From an uncultured Candidatus Saccharibacteria bacterium (lineage in GTDB: Bacteria > Patescibacteriota > Minisyncoccia > Phycocordibacterales > PALSA-1337), in the NCBI GenBank assembly GCA_964367745.1, contig CAYIYK010000003.1, positions 10,248 through 74,247 on the forward strand: a DNA stretch of 64,000 nucleotides, written 5' to 3'. Made by a program: the position numbers and the translations under genes. Below, in pieces: positions 59,303 through 64,000 of the stretch; position 1 is the stretch's first letter; each line of letters starts with the position of its first letter. The notes beneath the pieces were generated by a model. That model searched no databases. It was not told where the DNA came from and saw nothing but the letters and a program-made list of their open reading frames with translations.

Positions 59303-60361
59303 TTATATCATTCTCTCAAGATTTTTTGGATTCGCAGAATTTATATAAGCATTTTCAGGACTAATCTCACCTCTTCTTACAAGTTCTGCCAAAGAACGAT
59401 TCATATCGATCATACCTTCTGCAGAACTAGTCTCTATAACAGTATTTATTTCATGTATTCTTTTTTCTCGGATTAGGTTTGCAACCGCAGAATTGTTTAT
59501 CAGAAGTTCATATGCTGGTATAAGTCCTCCTGAAATTCTAGGAATCAATCTTTGAGAGAAAATACCTGTCATACTTCCTGCAAGTTGAACTCTAATTTGA
59601 TCTTGTTGAGAGGCTGGAAAAGAGTCGATGATACGGTTTATAGTCTGAGAAGCAGTATTTGTGTGTAGTGTTGAGAATACCAAGTGACCTGTTTCAGCAG
59701 CAGTAACCGCTGTAGATATAGTCTCTGGATCTCGCATCTCGCCCACCAAAGCAACGTCTATATCTTCTCGAAACATTGCGATCAAAGCATTCTTAAAGTC
59801 TGGAGTATCTATTCTGACCTCTCTTTGATCTATAATAGATTTCTTTGATTCATAAATATATTCAATAGGATCCTCTATCGTCATAATGTGCTCATTTCTA
59901 GTTTGATTTATTATTTCAATTAAAGAAGCCAAGGTTGTACTTTTTCCTTGTCCGATCGGTCCTACGCAAAGGAAGAATCCTTGTTGTTTTCTAGTAAAAG
60001 ATTCAAGAATTGGTGGAAGATTCAACTCTGTAAGAGTCTTTATTTGTTTTGGAATAAGTCTAAGGGCAATAGAGATGAGGCTTTGTCTATAATACGCATT
60101 TCCTCGGAATCTTGCATTGGTCAAACTATAAGAAAAGTCTACGTCTTTGTCTTTATCAAAAAGTTCTTTATTTTCATCAGAAAGAAAAGTATTTATATAA
60201 CCTTTCATATCTGCAGCGGTGATTATAGGTTTTTTTGCAAGAGGTATAAGGCTTCCAGATACTCGAATAAGTGGGTGTCTACCTTCAGAAAGATGAAGGT
60301 CTGATGCACCCTCGTTTATCACGGTTGTAACAAGTTCTTCTATATCCCTTTTATAATCCAT
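59303..60361 (-). CDS. pilT: Type IV pilus retraction ATPase PilT
   Basis: 352 aa that aligns colinearly with PilT. Matching blocks are GASDLHL, Walker A GPIGQGKSTTLAS, IMTIEDPIEY, ALVGEMRD, AAETGHLVFSTLHT and the C-terminal AIRNLIRE-like block AVANLIREKR. Confidence 0.85.
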   Translation of the reverse strand: MDYKRDIEELVTTVINEGASDLHLSEGRHPLIRVSGSLIPLAKKPIITAADMKGYINTFLSDENKELFDKDKDVDFSYSLTNARFRGNAYYRQSLISIALRLIPKQIKTLTELNLPPILESFTRKQQGFFLCVGPIGQGKSTTLASLIEIINQTRNEHIMTIEDPIEYIYESKKSIIDQREVRIDTPDFKNALIAMFREDIDVALVGEMRDPETISTAVTAAETGHLVFSTLHTNTASQTINRIIDSFPASQQDQIRVQLAGSMTGIFSQRLIPRISGGLIPAYELLINNSAVANLIREKRIHEINTVIETSSAEGMIDMNRSLAELVRRGEISPENAYINSANPKNLERMI

Positions 60362-60381
60362 ATAATTTAATTATGAAAAAA

Positions 60382-60768
60382 CTATTTTTTAATATTTGAA
60401 CAAATCTTCTCAACTTCAGACATAACTTCAGAAGGAATTGTGGTTGCTTTTATTATATAACCATCAACATTCAAAGCTTTTGCTCTAGCAATATCATCAG
60501 GAAGACCTTGATTTGTTAGCATGATTATAACTGATTTCTTTACCAAACCTTCTTTTCTTAGATTTGAAAGTAATTCGATACCATCCATTCCTGGCATAAC
60601 AATATCTAAAAGTAGAATATCAGGTTCCAATCCATCTCTTATTAACTTCAACGCTTCTTCTGTATCTGCTGATGTGTGGACGATAAAATCATTCTTTGAA
60701 AACTTCAGAGAATACATATCGAGTAGAAACTTGTCATCATCTACAAAAAGTATTGAGCGTTGTTTCAT
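60382..60768 (-). CDS. Standalone response-regulator receiver (CheY-like, PilH/PilG-like)
   Basis: 128 aa. The REC fold shows ILFVDDD, the acceptor Asp in ILLLDIVMPGMDG, and a conserved Lys (IIKAT). There is no output domain. Confidence 0.8.
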   Translation of the reverse strand: MKQRSILFVDDDKFLLDMYSLKFSKNDFIVHTSADTEEALKLIRDGLEPDILLLDIVMPGMDGIELLSNLRKEGLVKKSVIIMLTNQGLPDDIARAKALNVDGYIIKATTIPSEVMSEVEKICSNIKK

Positions 60769-60791
60769 AGATATATTATATCATAGTTAAA

Positions 60792-62507
60792 TTAAAGCTT
60801 ATTCACTTCTTCAAACGGTATTTTCTTTTCAAATGCTTTTAGCATTGCATCTTCTTTCATCGTAATCATCCCCTTTTGTCTCAACAATCTACTTATCTCC
60901 AATTCAGTCGGGCTTTTCAAAATAACATTTTCTATCTCTTTATCCATTTTAAATATTTCAAATATTGCCATACGTCCTCTAGTACCCTTTGGACAATCTG
61001 GAGTCGGCTCTATTCCATAAACTGTATCTGAAAAAGGTATTTCTTTTTTATATTGTTCTGGAAGATCTGAGAATTGCTTATCGATCATCATTTTTATACT
61101 TCCTTCAACCGGTATTGGTTTACCAGCACCTGGAGGGAAAGTTGAAACAAGTCTTTGGGCAATAGCTAGGATAAGAGTCGGAGCAATAAGGTATGGATCT
61201 ACTCCCATGTCTATCAGACGAGGAATAACACCAGCAGAGTTGTTAGTGTGTAGTGTTGAGAATACCAAGTGACCAGTAAGCGCTGCTTGCACAGCAAGCT
61301 GCGCAGTCTCTTTGTCTCGGATCTCTCCCACCATGATTATATCCGGGTCTTGTCTAAGAGTTGTTCTAAGTCCTGATGCAAAAGTATAACCAATTTCAGG
61401 GTGTACTTGTGATTGACTCACGCCGTCCATATTGTATTCAATAGGATCTTCGAGAGAAAGAACGTTCATACTCTCTCTATCAACTTCGTTTAGCATAGAA
61501 TAAAGTGTTGTAGATTTTCCTGAACCTGTCGGACCTGTGATTAGAATAAGTCCATAAGGTCTTGTAATTGCATCTTTTATATAAGCGAGGTTTTTCGGGG
61601 TTAGACTCATATCGTCTATCTTTTTTACTCCCTTTTCCTGATCGAGGATACGCATCACAACCTTCTCACCATAATATGCCGGGAAAGTTGAAACTCGGAA
61701 GTCGATTTTTCTTCCATCAATACGCGCAGAGAATCTACCGTCTTGAGGTTTTCTCTTTTCATCAAGCTTCATATTACATAAAACTTTAATACGAGCCACA
61801 ACAGCATTGTGCACTTGTGGAGGCAGAACTAGACTGGTATTTAGAGTACCGTCCACACGGAATCGGACACGAACCTTATCTCTCATATGTTCGATATGAA
61901 CGTCGGAAGCATTACCTTCTGTAGCGTATCGAACTATAGTAGCTACGATCTTTATAACTGGAGCATCTTCTATAATAACTGCATCACTTTTCTTTTCAGA
62001 CTTATTTTGTGCCAAATCTAGAGTTGCAGCTTTGTCTACAGATAGTACAGATTCAAGTTCAGTAAGAGCCTTTGATACTTCTCCACCAATTCCTTTGTAT
62101 GATTCAATTACTTTTTGGAAATCATCTATAGTGATAAGAAAAACTTTGTATGGAATATTTTTCTTTGAGGCAATGAAGTTTAGAGCATCTCTAGCTTCGA
62201 TATTGTCTGGGTCTACAATTCCAACCTCGAGTGTACTGTCATGAATTCCAACTGGTACGAATTTATAATGTTTCGCTGATTCTTCTGGAATATAATCCAA
62301 TGCTTCAAAAGGAACCATAGTATCCCCTAGGGCTTTTACAGGAATATTCAGGAACTCTCCTCTTGCAGTGAGAATATCTTCAGGTCTTATACCCTTTTCA
62401 ATTAAAATTTGATCCAAAGCCTCACCCTTTGCAGCGAGTTTTTTTATTTCTGCAACATCATCTTTGGTTATAAGATTTTTATTTAATAAAATATCAACAA
62501 TACTCAT
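60792..62507 (-). CDS. pilB: Type IV pilus assembly (extension) ATPase PilB / GspE family
   Basis: 571 aa. An N-terminal T2SSE_N domain is followed by Walker A ITGPTGSGKSTTLYS, LEDPIEY, the Asp box MVGEIRD, the His box LTGHLVFSTLHTN and a C-terminal Cys/His cluster (CPKGTRGRM). Confidence 0.9.
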   Translation of the reverse strand: MSIVDILLNKNLITKDDVAEIKKLAAKGEALDQILIEKGIRPEDILTARGEFLNIPVKALGDTMVPFEALDYIPEESAKHYKFVPVGIHDSTLEVGIVDPDNIEARDALNFIASKKNIPYKVFLITIDDFQKVIESYKGIGGEVSKALTELESVLSVDKAATLDLAQNKSEKKSDAVIIEDAPVIKIVATIVRYATEGNASDVHIEHMRDKVRVRFRVDGTLNTSLVLPPQVHNAVVARIKVLCNMKLDEKRKPQDGRFSARIDGRKIDFRVSTFPAYYGEKVVMRILDQEKGVKKIDDMSLTPKNLAYIKDAITRPYGLILITGPTGSGKSTTLYSMLNEVDRESMNVLSLEDPIEYNMDGVSQSQVHPEIGYTFASGLRTTLRQDPDIIMVGEIRDKETAQLAVQAALTGHLVFSTLHTNNSAGVIPRLIDMGVDPYLIAPTLILAIAQRLVSTFPPGAGKPIPVEGSIKMMIDKQFSDLPEQYKKEIPFSDTVYGIEPTPDCPKGTRGRMAIFEIFKMDKEIENVILKSPTELEISRLLRQKGMITMKEDAMLKAFEKKIPFEEVNKL

Positions 62508-62512
62508 AAAAT

Positions 62513-62878
62513 TTAATTTGAACCTTTAGGAAGCTTAACTGGATTAACCGCAGGAACTGCAGAACCACCGATTGGAGCAAAAGGGTTTGGTCGTCCAACA
62601 TTCTGTTCTGGAATAGTTATTGTATAGTCGACAAGAGAATTATACACCGGAGACTTAAATATTTCTCCATCAATTTTAAGTGAATTTATTGTATTCAAAA
62701 GCATCAATACTCTTGTAGCTGCGGCTTGTGCACCAACTGAAGCTACAGTACTTGAGGTCGTCAATGAAGAACCTGTATCAGTAGGTGTTCCTTTATAATA
62801 AAAATAAATTCCAAGTGATACTAATACTATTAGTATCAAAGCTATGAATGTTCCTTTTGATGGTGATTGTTGTTGCAT
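62513..62878 (-). CDS. Hypothetical single-pass membrane protein in pilus operon (possible PilP-like/minor component)
   Basis: 121 aa with an N-terminal TM anchor, then a Ser/Thr-rich region. No motif was recognised. Confidence 0.35.
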   Translation of the reverse strand: MQQQSPSKGTFIALILIVLVSLGIYFYYKGTPTDTGSSLTTSSTVASVGAQAAATRVLMLLNTINSLKIDGEIFKSPVYNSLVDYTITIPEQNVGRPNPFAPIGGSAVPAVNPVKLPKGSN

Positions 62879-62882
62879 AATA

Positions 62883-63458
62883 TTATTGTTTTAACCAAAA
62901 TGTTTTAACTTCAACACTGTAATCATACACCCCAGTTTCATTTGATTTAATTGTAATTTTTGAAATCTCAATAATTCTTAGACTTGCTTCGATATCTTTT
63001 AGAAAATTTAAGAAATTCTGATAGTTACTAGAAACATCGAAGTTCAAAGTAACAGTACTGTAACTACCTTGTTTTGGTGCTGAAACCCCCATACCTTGCC
63101 CCATAGCTGTATCAACTACTGGTTCAGAAGCGTCTTTTGGTGTGGTGGTCTTCACATTCTTCATTACAATACCGTGCCTTGCAGCGACACCACTTACATC
63201 AATTATAAGTCTTACATTGTCTACATTGTCTGGCAAAATCTTCTCCAGTCTTTCTTGATCATCCTGACTTATCTTATTGTAATTATCCCTAACAGTGTCT
63301 CTTACCTTTACCAGTTTCTCTGAATTCTTAAGAGCTTGTTCATATTGTGCATTTACCTGTCTAATAGCCTGCAATTCATCGATTTTTGCACGAGTAAAAG
63401 TAAAATAAATTCCGACTGACAAAACTATGAGGATGAGAGGTGTGAGGTTTTTGTTCAT
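62883..63458 (-). CDS. pilO: PilO-like type IV pilus assembly protein
   Basis: 191 aa with an N-terminal TM helix, then a coiled-coil segment (IDELQAIRQVNAQYEQALKNSEKL) and a C-terminal alpha/beta domain. The topology and operon position match PilO. Confidence 0.5.
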   Translation of the reverse strand: MNKNLTPLILIVLSVGIYFTFTRAKIDELQAIRQVNAQYEQALKNSEKLVKVRDTVRDNYNKISQDDQERLEKILPDNVDNVRLIIDVSGVAARHGIVMKNVKTTTPKDASEPVVDTAMGQGMGVSAPKQGSYSTVTLNFDVSSNYQNFLNFLKDIEASLRIIEISKITIKSNETGVYDYSVEVKTFWLKQ

Positions 63459-63459
63459 A

Positions 63460-63996
63460 TTATTGTGTAGGATTATTTGGTGTCACACCTCCAGTTAACA
63501 CTTTTTCATAATAAATATCATTTGGATCAAAACTTGCAGTCATAGTAAAACCAACATTCCCTTTTTCATCAAGTATTAAATCTCCCAAGACTGGATTTTT
63601 AACTATTTTGTTTTTCCCGTATTTTATAGATTGACCCAAAACGTCAGACTGCCAAGCAATTGAACTGAAACTATTTCCAACCCCTCTCACTGTTATACGA
63701 GCTGAATCACCTGTAGCAACTGGTGAAGTGAATTCAAAATTATCAAAACGGATACCTTCGGTAGTAAGACTATTAACAATATCAAAAACTTCAGAAACCG
63801 CGACATGCTTCTTTAATAATTGGTTTGCAAGATCAATCTTCGTATTTGCTTTCTTTAGCTTTTCAATCAAACCAATATCAAATCTTTTTTCTGCTTTTTC
63901 TAATTCAACTTGGTATGAAGCCTGTTGCTTCGTCAAAACATCTTTCCAAAAAAAAGTAAAACCTGCACCTGCAAGAGATAGTATAAAAATGATCAC
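63460..63996 (-). CDS. pilN: PilN-like type IV pilus assembly protein
   Basis: 178 aa with an N-terminal TM helix followed by a coiled-coil (QQASYQVELEKAEKRFDIGLIEKLKKANTKIDLANQLL). Its position is upstream of pilO. pilM is presumably beyond the window end. Confidence 0.5.
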   Translation of the reverse strand: MIIFILSLAGAGFTFFWKDVLTKQQASYQVELEKAEKRFDIGLIEKLKKANTKIDLANQLLKKHVAVSEVFDIVNSLTTEGIRFDNFEFTSPVATGDSARITVRGVGNSFSSIAWQSDVLGQSIKYGKNKIVKNPVLGDLILDEKGNVGFTMTASFDPNDIYYEKVLTGGVTPNNPTQ

Positions 63997-64000
63997 AGAT

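Overview
The window is low-GC, with about 30-33% GC over most of its length. Genes are tightly packed and several neighbours overlap by 1-4 bp. Many proteins carry low-complexity extensions and Shine-Dalgarno sites are weak. All of this is typical of a small-genome, possibly Patescibacteria/CPR-like, bacterium. Gene content falls into three blocks. (1) 1-20 kb is housekeeping: the tail of a class I ribonucleotide reductase operon (nrdA complete, N-terminus of nrdB), groES-groEL, secG, a family-5 solute-binding protein, RNase J, an MFS transporter, enolase, dPGM-type phosphoglycerate mutase, a LemA/TPM pair, a DedA-PAP2 fusion and an orphan OmpR-type response regulator. (2) About 20.7-53.9 kb is a roughly 30 kb surface-glycan locus. 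Its core is a sialic-acid-like (nonulosonic acid) pathway: a NeuB-NeuA fusion plus NeuC. Next to it sit three paralogous Zn-ribbon SAM methyltransferases interleaved with three paralogous transferase-like proteins, and a PhyH-type dioxygenase. One GC-rich (~48%) methyltransferase appears horizontally acquired. The rest of the locus holds a Wzx-like flippase, a GT9, two GT-C membrane transferases with a DPM1-like GT2 and GtrA, further methyltransferases, GT2/GT4 arrays and a redox pair. (3) 53.9-64 kb is a type IV pilus operon, all on the minus strand: PilN-like, PilO-like, PilB, a standalone receiver domain, PilT, PilC and a major pilin. Downstream in the same operon are a large polytopic membrane protein and a soluble VirD4/TraD-like (T4SS coupling-protein-like) P-loop ATPase. 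The most interesting hypothesis is that the glycan locus, particularly the triplicated methyltransferase/transferase modules around NeuABC, makes a modified nonulosonic-acid glycan that decorates the adjacent type IV pilin or another surface protein. An O-antigen-ligase-like (Wzy_C)+TPR membrane protein may serve as the oligosaccharyltransferase. No rRNA, tRNA, CRISPR or obvious transposase was found. One 0.5 kb convergent intergenic region (17.4-17.9 kb) has atypical composition, inverted repeats and a strong terminator, and may encode a small RNA.
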